This document shows, one piece after another, positions 21,273 to 29,743 of a stretch of DNA of 64,000 bases. Numbering within the stretch: position 1 is the first letter of the stretch; every line of letters begins with the position of its first letter. Source of the DNA: an uncultured Solirubrobacterales bacterium. Its GTDB lineage: Bacteria; Actinomycetota; Thermoleophilia; Solirubrobacterales; 70-9. The notes beneath the pieces were generated by a model. The model worked only from the letters and a program-made list of their open reading frames with translations, was not told the DNA's origin and made no database searches. The translations under genes and the position numbers were made by a program. The stretch lies in NCBI GenBank assembly GCA_963734745.1, contig CAVTIG010000001.1, positions 129,571 to 193,570 of the forward strand. Direction: 5' to 3'.

Positions 21273-22841
21273 CTACAGGGGGATGTTGCCGTGCTTTCGC
21301 TTCGGCTGCTCGACGCGCTTGGACTGGAGCATCCGCAGCGCCTTGATCAGCTTCGGACGCGTCTGGCGAGGCTCGATCACGTCGTCGATGTAGCCGCGCT
21401 CCGCCGCCGAGTAGGGGTTGGCGAAGTGGGCTTTGTAGTCGTCGATCAGCTTCTGGCGGCGCTCGTCGGGGGTCGGCGAGGAGGAGATGTCCTTGCGGTA
21501 GATGATGTTGACCGCGCCCTCCGGTCCCATCACCGCGACCTCGGCGGTCGGCCAGGCGACGTTGAAGTCGGCCAGCATGTGCTTCGAGTTCATCACGTCG
21601 TAGGCGCCGCCGTAGGCCTTGCGAGTGACGACGGTGAGCTTCGGCACGGTCGCCTCGGTGAAGGCGTAGAGGAGCTTGGCGCCGTGGCGGATGATCCCGT
21701 TCCACTCCTGGTCGGTGCCGGGGAGGAAGCCGGGCACGTCGGTGAAGGTGACGATCGGGACGTTGTAGGCGTCGCAGGTGCGGACGAAGCGGGCTGCCTT
21801 CTCCGATGCCTCGATGTCGAGGACGCCGGCCAGGTGGGCGGGCTGGTTGCCGACGATGCCGATTGGATAGCCGTCGAGCCGCGAGAAGCCGCAGACGATG
21901 TTGCGGGCGAAGTGCTCGTGGACCTCGAAGAACTCCTCGTCGTCGACGATGCGGGAGATCACCTCGCGCATGTCGTAGGGCTTCGAGGGGTCGTCGGGGA
22001 CGAGCGTGTCGAGGTCGGCGTCCTCGCGGTCGGGGTCGTCGGTGGGCGCGAAGCGGGGCGGCGCCTCCAGGTTGTTGGAGGGCAGGAAGCTGAGCAGGTA
22101 GCGGGCGTCCTCGAGGCAGCTCTCCTCGTCCTCGGCGGCGAAGTGGGCGACGCCGGACTTGGAGTTGTGGCTCATCGCCCCGCCCAGCTCCTCGAACTCG
22201 ACCTCCTCACCGGTCACCGTCTTGATCACCTCGGGGCCGGTGATGAACATGTGGGAGGTCTCCTTGACCATGAAGATGAAGTCGGTCATCGCCGGCGAGT
22301 AGACGGCGCCGCCGGCGCAGGGGCCCATGATCAGGCTGATCTGGGGAATCACGCCGGAGCATTTGACGTTGCGGACGAAGACGTCGCCGTAGGCGCCGAG
22401 GCTGACGACCCCCTCCTGGATGCGGGCGCCGCCGGAGTCGTTGATCCCGATCACCGGCGCCCCCACCTGGGCGGCGAGGTCCATCACCTTGCACATCTTC
22501 TCCGCCATCACCTCGCCGAGGCTGCCGCCGAAGACGGTGAAGTCCTGGGAGAAGACGAAGACGGTGCGGCCGTCGATCGTGCCGTGGCCGGTGACGACGG
22601 CGTCGCCCCAGGGCCGGCGCTTCTGCATCTCGAAGTCGTAGGTGCGGTGGCGGACGAAGGTGTCGAGCTCCTCGAAGGAGCCGGGGTCGAGCAGCTTCTC
22701 GACCCGCTCGCGGGCGGTCAGCTTGCCCTTCGCGTGCTGCTTCTCGACCACCTCCTCGGAGGCCGAGTGGATCGCCGCCTCGCGCAGCTCGCGCAGGTAG
22801 GCGAGCTTCTCCTCGTGGGTGACCGGGTTGCGCTCTCGCAT
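21273..22841 (-). CDS. acyl-CoA carboxylase carboxyltransferase (beta) subunit / methylmalonyl-CoA carboxyltransferase family
   Basis: 522 aa. Typical motifs [35 protein letters not shown] and [13 protein letters not shown]. Confidence 0.92.
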   Translation of the reverse strand: MRERNPVTHEEKLAYLRELREAAIHSASEEVVEKQHAKGKLTARERVEKLLDPGSFEELDTFVRHRTYDFEMQKRRPWGDAVVTGHGTIDGRTVFVFSQDFTVFGGSLGEVMAEKMCKVMDLAAQVGAPVIGINDSGGARIQEGVVSLGAYGDVFVRNVKCSGVIPQISLIMGPCAGGAVYSPAMTDFIFMVKETSHMFITGPEVIKTVTGEEVEFEELGGAMSHNSKSGVAHFAAEDEESCLEDARYLLSFLPSNNLEAPPRFAPTDDPDREDADLDTLVPDDPSKPYDMREVISRIVDDEEFFEVHEHFARNIVCGFSRLDGYPIGIVGNQPAHLAGVLDIEASEKAARFVRTCDAYNVPIVTFTDVPGFLPGTDQEWNGIIRHGAKLLYAFTEATVPKLTVVTRKAYGGAYDVMNSKHMLADFNVAWPTAEVAVMGPEGAVNIIYRKDISSSPTPDERRQKLIDDYKAHFANPYSAAERGYIDDVIEPRQTRPKLIKALRMLQSKRVEQPKRKHGNIPL

Positions 22842-22869
22842 CGGAGGGGCGCGATTCTATGGAGCCGGC

Positions 22870-23094
22870 TCAGGCGCTGCCGAACGGCCGCTTCTGCGGC
22901 TCGGCGAGGCCGTCGAGGATGCGCTCCAGATCCGCCGCCTCGAGGCCCGAGTCGTCTCCGGCGCGGATCGCGACCCGGGTGCCGAAGCCCTTCTCGGCCA
23001 TCGTCACCTCCAGTTCGGCGAGGCGCGACTCGGCCGCGACCAGCTCAGCGAGCTCCGGCTCGGACTTCACGAGCGTCCGTGAGACCTCGATCAT
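22870..23094 (-). CDS. small acidic hypothetical protein (74 aa)
   Basis: Start chosen at MIEVSRTL (ATG 23094). Lies between the mutase and carboxyltransferase genes on the same strand. No domain recognised. Confidence 0.4.
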   Translation of the reverse strand: MIEVSRTLVKSEPELAELVAAESRLAELEVTMAEKGFGTRVAIRAGDDSGLEAADLERILDGLAEPQKRPFGSA

Positions 23095-23137
23095 TGGCCC
23101 CGGTTTCGGCCCACAGCGGCCAAATCCTCCAACCAAC

Positions 23138-23192
23138 GGTTCCGCTGTTCCTTTGCCCAGTTATATGGGGATAAAGAACAGCGGAAGCTGGG
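23138..23192. repeat. REP-like palindromic element
   Basis: TTCCGCTGTTCCTTTGCCC (23140-23158), loop AGTTATAT, GGGGATAAAGAACAGCGGAA (23167-23186). The 3' arm has two changes. Located immediately 3' of the mutase stop (23195). Confidence 0.85.
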
Positions 23193-23194
23193 GG

Positions 23195-24841
23195 TTAGAA
23201 GAAGGCGCCGCCCTTGTACTCGCCGAAGACGTCTCGCATCGCGCCGCAGACCTCGCCTATCGAGGCGTTGGCGGCTAGGGCGGCGCGGATCGGGTGGAGG
23301 AGGTTGCCCTCGCCGCGGGCGACGTCGCGCAGGGACTCCAGCTTCGCCGTCACGTCGGCCTGGTCGCGCGCCTCCTTGAAGGCCTTGAGCCGGGCGAGCT
23401 GGCGCTGCTCGGCCTCGGGGTCGACCCTGAGGATGTCGACGTCGTCGACCTGGTCGGTGACGTACTTGTTGACGCCGACGACGACGTCCTGGCCGGTCTT
23501 GTAGCGCTCGTGGTAGGAGAGCGCCGACTCCTCGATCTCGCGCTGCATGAACTCCAGCGCCTCGACCGAGCCGCCCAGCTCCTCGACCTTCTTCATCAGC
23601 TCCCAGGAGCGCGCCTCGATCTCGTCGGTCAGCGACTCGATGAAGTAGGAGCCGGCGAAGGGGTCGACTGTGTCGGCGGCGCCGGACTCGTGGGCGAGGA
23701 CCTGCTGGGTGCGCAGGGCGATCCGCGCCGAGCGCTCGGTCGGCAGCGCCAGCGCCTCGTCGAAGCCGTTGGTGTGGAGGCTCTGCGTGCCGCCGCAGAC
23801 CGCGGCGAAGCCCTGCAGCGCGACGCGGATGATGTTGACCTCGGGCTGCTGGGCCTGCAGCGTCACCCCGCCGGTCTGGGTGTGGAAGCGGATCTTCATC
23901 GAGTTGGGGTCGGCGGCCCCGAAGCGCTCCTCGACGATCTTCGCCCACATCCGCCGCACCGCGCGGAACTTGGCGACCTCCTGGAAGACGTTGTTGTGGC
24001 AGTTGAAGAAGAAGGCGAGGCGCGGGGCGAACTCGTCGATCGCGAGGCCTCGCTCCAGCGCCGCCTCGACGTAGGCGATCGCGTTGGAGAGGGTGAAGGC
24101 GACCTCCTGCACGGCCGAGCAGCCCTTCTCGCGGATGTGGTAGCCGGAGATCGAGATCGTGTTCCACTTCGGCACGTTGTCGCGGCAGTACTCGAAGATG
24201 TCGGTGGTCAGCCGCATCGTCGGCGCCGGCGGGTAGATGTAGTTGCCGCGCGCCATGTACTCCTTCAGCACGTCGTTCTGGACGGTGCCGCGCAGCTTCT
24301 CGGAGGGAACGCCCTGCTCCTCGCCGACCAGCTCGTAGAGGAGCAGCAGGATCGCCGCCGGGGCGTTGATCGTCATCGAGGTGGAGACGCTGTCGAGGGG
24401 GATCTGGTCGAAGCAGATCCGCACGTCCTCGATCGTGTCGATCGGGACGCCGGTGCGGCCGACCTCGCCGCGGCAGAGCGGGTCGTCGGAGTCGCGGCCG
24501 AGCTGGGTCGGCAGGTCGAAGGCCATCGAGAGGCCGGTCGAGCCGTGCGCGATCAGGTAGCGGTAGCGCTCGTTGGTGTCGTCGGGGCTGGCGAAGCCGG
24601 CGTACTGGCGCATCGTCCAGAGCCGGTCGCGGTACATGCCCTCGTGGATGCCGCGGGTGAAGGGCGGCGAGCCGGGCAGGCCGAGGCGCTCTTCGAGGCC
24701 GGGGGCCACGTCCTCGGAGGTGTAGAGGCGCTCGATCTCGATCCCCGAGTCGGTGAAGACGCGCTCGTCGTCGGGGCCGACCACCGGGGCGATCGTGCGG
24801 GGGGCCTCCTCCGCGGGGGGGTTGCCGGTCTTGCGAGTCAT
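23195..24841 (-). CDS. methylmalonyl-CoA mutase family, catalytic (TIM-barrel) large subunit without B12-binding domain
   Basis: 548 aa. Motifs FTRGIHEGMYRDRLWTMRQYAGF, GTVQNDVLKEYMARGNYIYPP and SISGYHIREKG. The ORF ends before any cobalamin-binding module. Confidence 0.92.
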   Translation of the reverse strand: MTRKTGNPPAEEAPRTIAPVVGPDDERVFTDSGIEIERLYTSEDVAPGLEERLGLPGSPPFTRGIHEGMYRDRLWTMRQYAGFASPDDTNERYRYLIAHGSTGLSMAFDLPTQLGRDSDDPLCRGEVGRTGVPIDTIEDVRICFDQIPLDSVSTSMTINAPAAILLLLYELVGEEQGVPSEKLRGTVQNDVLKEYMARGNYIYPPAPTMRLTTDIFEYCRDNVPKWNTISISGYHIREKGCSAVQEVAFTLSNAIAYVEAALERGLAIDEFAPRLAFFFNCHNNVFQEVAKFRAVRRMWAKIVEERFGAADPNSMKIRFHTQTGGVTLQAQQPEVNIIRVALQGFAAVCGGTQSLHTNGFDEALALPTERSARIALRTQQVLAHESGAADTVDPFAGSYFIESLTDEIEARSWELMKKVEELGGSVEALEFMQREIEESALSYHERYKTGQDVVVGVNKYVTDQVDDVDILRVDPEAEQRQLARLKAFKEARDQADVTAKLESLRDVARGEGNLLHPIRAALAANASIGEVCGAMRDVFGEYKGGAFF

Positions 24842-24868
24842 CTCGGGGGAGGATATTGCGGGCTCTGC

Positions 24869-25804
24869 TCAGGTGGCCGCGAGCCGGGCGCGCCACCACT
24901 CGAGCAAGTCGGCCACCGTCCGCGAGAGCGGGATCTCGGGCGCCCACCCGATCGCCTCGCGGAGGCGATCCGGGCTGCCGTAGACGGTGGATGGATCGGC
25001 GGGCCGGGCCAGGGACGGGCCCGGCCTGATCTCCACCGGCAGCGGCGTCGCCTTCGCCATCTCCTCGACCACGGACTCCAGTCTCAGCGCCCTGCCGGAG
25101 CAGAGGTTGAAGGTGCCGGTCAGCTCGCGCCGGGAGGCCTCGACGAAGGCACGGGCGGCGTCGCGCACGTCGGTGAAGTCACGGGCGGCGGCGAGATTGC
25201 CGACCGCCAGCTCGACCCGCTCGGCGCCCGCCGCCTCGGCCGCGGCGATCTGCCGGGCGAAGCCGGAGACCGGAAAGGCGGGCGACTGGCCGGGGCCAAG
25301 CTGGCTGAAGGCGCGGATCACGGCGATCCGCAGGCCGCGCCCCCGCGCGTACTGGCCGCAGAGCACCTCCATCGCCAGCTTGGCGGCGCCGTAGGGGGTG
25401 AGCGGCTCCGGCGGCTGGTCCTCGGTGAAGGGAAGCTTGGCGGCGGTCGGCTCGCCGTAGACTTCGGCCGAGGAGACGCAGAGCAGGTGTGCGCCGGGAG
25501 CATGGCGCGCGACCGCTTCGAGCAGGTGCAGGACGCCGGTCGCGTTGACGGCGAAGGCCTCTACGGGGCGCTCCCAACTGGCCGCGACCGAAGCGGCGCC
25601 GGCCATGTTGACAACCAGCTGCGGATCGGCGTCGACGACACACGCGGCGACCGAGTCGGGGTCGAGCAGGTCGCACCGGATCCCGTCACCCCCATCGCGG
25701 TCGGCGGCGGCGAGACGAAGGCCCGCGGCCTCGGCGGCCTCGCGCACGTGCCCGCCCACGAAGCCGCGGGCGCCGATCAACAGCAGCGTTCGGTCGTCGC
25801 TCAA
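24869..25804 (-). CDS. NAD-dependent sugar-nucleotide epimerase/dehydratase family protein
   Basis: 311 aa. Rossmann GARGFVGGH and catalytic YGAAK. Confidence 0.8.
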   Translation of the reverse strand: MSDDRTLLLIGARGFVGGHVREAAEAAGLRLAAADRDGGDGIRCDLLDPDSVAACVVDADPQLVVNMAGAASVAASWERPVEAFAVNATGVLHLLEAVARHAPGAHLLCVSSAEVYGEPTAAKLPFTEDQPPEPLTPYGAAKLAMEVLCGQYARGRGLRIAVIRAFSQLGPGQSPAFPVSGFARQIAAAEAAGAERVELAVGNLAAARDFTDVRDAARAFVEASRRELTGTFNLCSGRALRLESVVEEMAKATPLPVEIRPGPSLARPADPSTVYGSPDRLREAIGWAPEIPLSRTVADLLEWWRARLAAT

Positions 25805-25897
25805 GGGAACCGCACGTTATCCGTGTTTTCCCCCTACTCGGCGTCCGCAGTAACCCGTCGAGTTAGCCCAAACCGGAACAAACCTTCAAAAAGAGGG

Positions 25898-25926
25898 TTG
25901 AGGCAGGTGCGTTCCGAGAATAATCT
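25898..25926 (+). promoter_or_regulatory. candidate sigma-70-type promoter (TTGAGG-17 nt-TAATCT)
   Basis: -35 at 25898-25903, 17-nt spacer, -10 at 25921-25926. Sits in a relatively AT-rich 190-nt gap about 65 nt upstream of ATG 25995. Confidence 0.4.
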
Positions 25927-25994
25927 TGGGCGTAATTCAACCTTGCCGTAAGTCGCCACTAGGGCAGCAGGGGGCGGCAACAACGGAGGTAGAC

Positions 25995-27182
25995 ATGACA
26001 GGTGTGACCCAGCCAGATCGAGGCCGGGGGACGATGCTGCCGGTGGTAATGGCAGCCGCTGCGCTGATCGCGCTGCTCGCGTTCGCCCCCTTTGCATCTG
26101 CCGCGAGCGATCCACTCGCCAGCGGCACGACCACGCTGACCCTCAACAAGGGCTTCTTCAAGAAGCTCAAGAAGAACGACGTGAAGGTGCTGAAGGTGAG
26201 CCCCGGAGCGGTGAAGAACCGCACCGTGACGCTCCCGGTCAGCGGCGGATCGCTCGACCCGACCACCGGGCTGGGCACCGTGAACGTGAGCGGTGGGCTC
26301 AAGTTCAAGCACGGCAAGAAGCAGGTGCCGCTCAAGAACCTGATCTTCGATTCCACAACCAAGTTCCTAACCGGCACGGTCGGCAAGAAGCAGATGAAGA
26401 TCGCCACACTCAACGGGCTGTCATTCGTGCGCAATGGCTTCGGTGTCGACGTGGGAGTCACCAAGCTGAGACTGACCGAAAATGCAGCCAAGCAGCTGAA
26501 CAAGAAGCTCGGCTTCTCCAACCAGAGCAATGGGAGTCACAAGAGGGCGACCACGAGCTCCGCCGACTCGGCGAATGTCGTGTTCAAGAAGAACCAGGTA
26601 ACGGGCTCCTCGGCCAGCACCACCCAGCCGTCGACCGTAGCTGTCCTGGCTCAGGGTGATGCCACTCTCGTCCCGGACCCCACTGGGGCCTTCTCGAAGT
26701 TCCCCAAACATGGGATCAACCCGTTCACCAACATCTCTGCGATCGCCCCGGCGCAGAAACAGGGAACGATCCCGAAAATTTTCTACACCTTCCCACTCAC
26801 CGGTGGGACCCTCGCGCCCAATGCCAGCGCCGGAACCGTGAATAGCGGCGGCGGCATTCAGATCACCAACCCAGCCCCAGGCGGGAATACGGTGCAGTTC
26901 ACCGCCCTCGGCATCGACTTCACCGCAAAGACGGTGCTGGCCGACAACATCATCAACGGCGTGTTGGTGGGCCATGCCTCGATCGCCGATCTCGACCTGA
27001 CGGGAGCGACGATCACCTCCGATGCCACCGCAAAGACGATCACCGTCACCGGAGCTGTGGTGAAACTGCAGGCCGTAGCGGCGGCGACCCTCAACCAGGA
27101 GTTCCCGACTCTTGTTCCTGGTGGTGAATTCGCCGCTGGCGACTCGCTCGGGGCGGTGTCCTTCACCGCGCACACGCAGTAA
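25995..27182 (+). CDS. secreted Lys/Thr/Asn-rich protein with two tandem beta-rich modules (HtaA-domain-like pattern)
   Basis: ATG 25995 lies 5 nt after GGAGG (25985-25989), followed by a signal peptide (MLPVVMAAAALIALLAFAPFASA). The module pattern TLTL..F..L....V.V....GA......LPVSGG.LDP.TG.GTV..SGG recurs in the second half. Followed by a strong hairpin terminator. Confidence 0.75.
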   Translation: MTGVTQPDRGRGTMLPVVMAAAALIALLAFAPFASAASDPLASGTTTLTLNKGFFKKLKKNDVKVLKVSPGAVKNRTVTLPVSGGSLDPTTGLGTVNVSGGLKFKHGKKQVPLKNLIFDSTTKFLTGTVGKKQMKIATLNGLSFVRNGFGVDVGVTKLRLTENAAKQLNKKLGFSNQSNGSHKRATTSSADSANVVFKKNQVTGSSASTTQPSTVAVLAQGDATLVPDPTGAFSKFPKHGINPFTNISAIAPAQKQGTIPKIFYTFPLTGGTLAPNASAGTVNSGGGIQITNPAPGGNTVQFTALGIDFTAKTVLADNIINGVLVGHASIADLDLTGATITSDATAKTITVTGAVVKLQAVAAATLNQEFPTLVPGGEFAAGDSLGAVSFTAHTQ

Positions 27183-27207
27183 CCAGTTACGCGCACTGCA
27201 TAACCGG

Positions 27208-27235
27208 GAAGGGGCGGCCACAGCGCCGCCCCTTC
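27208..27235. terminator. hairpin between convergent genes (probable bidirectional terminator)
   Basis: GAAGGGGCGGC / loop CACAGC / GCCGCCCCTTC: a perfect 11-bp stem followed by TTAT. Lies between stop codons at 27182 and 27255. Confidence 0.65.
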
Positions 27236-27254
27236 TTATGCGCGGGATGGGCTC

Positions 27255-28203
27255 TCAGTCCGAGGCGCCGACCAGGCGCTCGATACCGGCCTGCTCGATC
27301 GTGCGGCGCAGTCCCTCCCGCAGCTCGACCTGCGGCTCCCAGCCGAGCAGGTCGCGGGCCCGGCCGATGTCGGGCTGGCGGACCTGGGGGTCGTCGGTCG
27401 GCAGCGCCTCGAAGACGATCTCCGAGCGCGCGTCGGTCACCTCGATCACCGCCTTCGCCAGCTCCAGGAGGGTGAACTCGTTCGGGTTGCCGATGTTGAC
27501 GGGCGAGTGGGCGTCGGACTCCATCAGGGCGACCAGGCCGCGGATCTGGTCGTCGACGTAGCAGAAGCTCCGCGTCTGGCTGCCGTCCCCGAACACGGTC
27601 AGCGGCTTGTCCTGCAGCGCCTGCCGCAGGAAGGTGGGAATCGCCCTCCCGTCGTGCGGCCTCATTCGGGGCCCGTAGGTGTTGAACGTGCGCGAGATGC
27701 AGGTGTCGAGGCCCTGCTGGCGGTGATAGGCCATGGTCAGTGCCTCGGCGTAGCGCTTCGCCTCGTCGTAGACGCCGCGCGGGCCGATCGGGTTGACGTG
27801 GCCCCAGTAGTCCTCGGACTGGGGGTGGACCTGGGGGTCGCCATAGACCTCTGAAGTCGAGGCAAGCAGGAAGCGGGCGCGCTTGAACTTGGCGACGCCG
27901 AGCATGTGGTGGGTGCCGTACGAGCCGACCTTGAGGGTGTGGAGCGGCAGGCGGAGGTAGTCGATCGGGCTCGCCGGCGAGGCGAGGTGGTAGACGAAGT
28001 CGACGTCCTCCTCGATCGAGACGTACTCGGTGATGTCGTGGTTGAGGAAGACGAAGTCGCCGTCGCGGATGTGGGCGATGTTCTCGAGCGAGCCGGTCTC
28101 GAGGTTGTCGATGCAGATCACCCGGTGCCCCTTCCCCAGCAGGTGCTCGCAGAGGTGGGAGCCGAGGAAGCCGGCGCCCGCCGGTGACCACGCAGGTGCT
28201 CAT
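27255..28203 (-). CDS. UDP-glucuronate decarboxylase (UDP-xylose synthase)-like SDR; apparent 1-nt frameshift near 28170
   Basis: Catalytic [11 protein letters not shown]. The N-terminal [34 protein letters not shown] is recovered only by removing one G from GGCGGGCGCC. Confidence 0.85.
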
Positions 28204-28378
28204 CGAGCTGATGCTATCGGGGGCGGGGAATCCGGGGAGCGCGGGGAGTTCTCGTGCAATTTGCGTGTTTTCCGGCCGGAAAGTCGTCCAGGAGGGGGGA
28301 GAGGCCTCTCTCGTCCCGGCGTTTACCTGGCATGTTCGGTGGACAAATCCAAAGCGGTGCGAGGTTCTGAAGGGGGAG

Positions 28379-29743
28379 ATGAAGCTCGCTGGTGGGGAGT
28401 CGACGGGGGCGGCGGAGGTGGGGCGCATCGCGGTGCGCGGCGAGTCCTCTCGGCCGGCGCCCGAGGCGGCTCGGAAGCGGGCGGCGGTCGAGCTGATCGC
28501 ACGGCAGGAGGGATCGCTGCGGCGGACCGCGCGGCGCTTCTCGCTGTGCGCGGACGACGCCGACGACGCCTACCAGCGGGGCTTGGAGATCCTCCTCGTC
28601 AAGGCCCCGACCGACGACGTGCGCGAGCTGGCCCGATGGATGACTACGGTCGTCAAGCACGAGGCCTTGAAGGTGCGCCAGAACCGCGAGCGGATCCTCG
28701 GGAGCCCGGAGGCGCCGGAGCGCGAGGACGCGCCGCAGGACTGGGTGGCGTTGATCCCCTCCGAGCGCGACGGCCCGGCCGAGCGGGCCGAGCGGCACGA
28801 GCTGATCGCGCGCAGCCGCGAGGCCCTGCAGGCGCTGAAGCCGCAGGAGCTGCGGGCGCTGACCCTGCTGGCGGAGGGCTACTCCTACGCCGAGATCGGT
28901 GAGATCACCGGGTTCAGCCACACGAAAATCAATCGCTGCGTGGCGGAGGGGCGCGAGCGGTTCCGCAGCCTGGTCTCGCGCAGCGAGGACGGGCGGCGGT
29001 GCGAGGAGCTGGGGCCGCTGCTTTCGGCCTTCTGCGACGGCGAGGCGAGCGGGGAAGACGCGACGGCGCTGCGCGAGCACCTGCGCGCCTGCGCGCACTG
29101 CCGCTCGACGATGCGCGCCTACCGGGCCGCGCCGCGGGCGGCGGCTGCGCTGACGCCAACCCTGCCGCTCTGGCGATCATTGCTGGATCGAGCGCACGAG
29201 GCGTTCGCGAGCCTGCACTCGCGGCTGCCCTGGCAGGGAGGGGCGGGCGACTCGGTCGTCTCCCAGGTGGCGGCGGCGGGCGGGACGCGCGGGGCCGGGA
29301 TGGCGGCGCTGGCGAAGCTGCTGGCGGTGTGCGTGGGGACCGCGGGCGGGGCGGCGGCGTGCGTCGCGGCGGGGGTGGTGCCGGCGCCGCTGCCGCTGGA
29401 CCTCGGGGGCGATCACGTCAAGGGCCCGACGATCGAGCGGCAGCTCGATCTCCCGGCTGAGGCGGCGGCCTTCGGCGCCACGACGAGCGACACGGTGACC
29501 CATGACCCGGTTCTGCCCGAGCCGCCGCCGCAGGAGCCGCCGCCCGACCCGAAGCCCGACCAGCCGGCGTCCGACCCCGCCTCATCGCCTTCTCCCTCGC
29601 CTTCCTCGGTCGAGTTCAGCCCCGAGGCGTCGGTGCCGGCGACCCCCACCGCACCGGCGACCGCGGCGACGCCGATCTCCTCCGGCGGGGGCGGGTCGGC
29701 GGGCTCTTCGAGCAGCGGCGCCGCTGGGGAGTTCGGCCCGTGA
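28379..29743 (+). CDS. ECF sigma factor fused in frame to a zf-HC2-type anti-sigma segment, TM helix and Pro-rich tail
   Basis: ATG 28379 follows GGGGGAG. Sigma region 2 (DDAYQRGLEILLVKA...MTTVVKHEALKVRQ) and region 4 (LKPQELRALTLLAEGYSYAEIGEITGFSHTKINRCVAEGRERF) continue without a stop or frame change. They run into CEELGPLLSAFCDGEAS...HLRACAHCRS, then TM LAKLLAVCVGTAGGAAACVAAGVV, then a PEPPPQEPPPDPKP-rich tail. Confidence 0.7.
   Translation: MKLAGGESTGAAEVGRIAVRGESSRPAPEAARKRAAVELIARQEGSLRRTARRFSLCADDADDAYQRGLEILLVKAPTDDVRELARWMTTVVKHEALKVRQNRERILGSPEAPEREDAPQDWVALIPSERDGPAERAERHELIARSREALQALKPQELRALTLLAEGYSYAEIGEITGFSHTKINRCVAEGRERFRSLVSRSEDGRRCEELGPLLSAFCDGEASGEDATALREHLRACAHCRSTMRAYRAAPRAAAALTPTLPLWRSLLDRAHEAFASLHSRLPWQGGAGDSVVSQVAAAGGTRGAGMAALAKLLAVCVGTAGGAAACVAAGVVPAPLPLDLGGDHVKGPTIERQLDLPAEAAAFGATTSDTVTHDPVLPEPPPQEPPPDPKPDQPASDPASSPSPSPSSVEFSPEASVPATPTAPATAATPISSGGGGSAGSSSSGAAGEFGP

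Noticed and set aside
24842-24868. Cobalamin riboswitch ahead of the methylmalonyl-CoA mutase gene.
   Set aside because: The intergenic space is only 27 nt, too short for a B12 aptamer, and no B12-box was seen.
25805-27254. Lower-GC stretch as a genomic island, prophage remnant or IS.
   Set aside because: It contains a single ordinary secreted-protein gene with promoter and terminator. There are no integrase or transposase genes, no flanking direct repeats and no tRNA. Part of the GC drop comes from Lys/Asn/Thr/Phe-rich composition. It is kept only as a composition observation.
28184-28378. Longer 519-aa version of the sigma/anti-sigma ORF starting at 28184.
   Set aside because: The extra N-terminal 65 aa overlap the divergent UXS gene start region and have no sigma-factor similarity. 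ATG 28379 has a GGGGGAG RBS at appropriate spacing.
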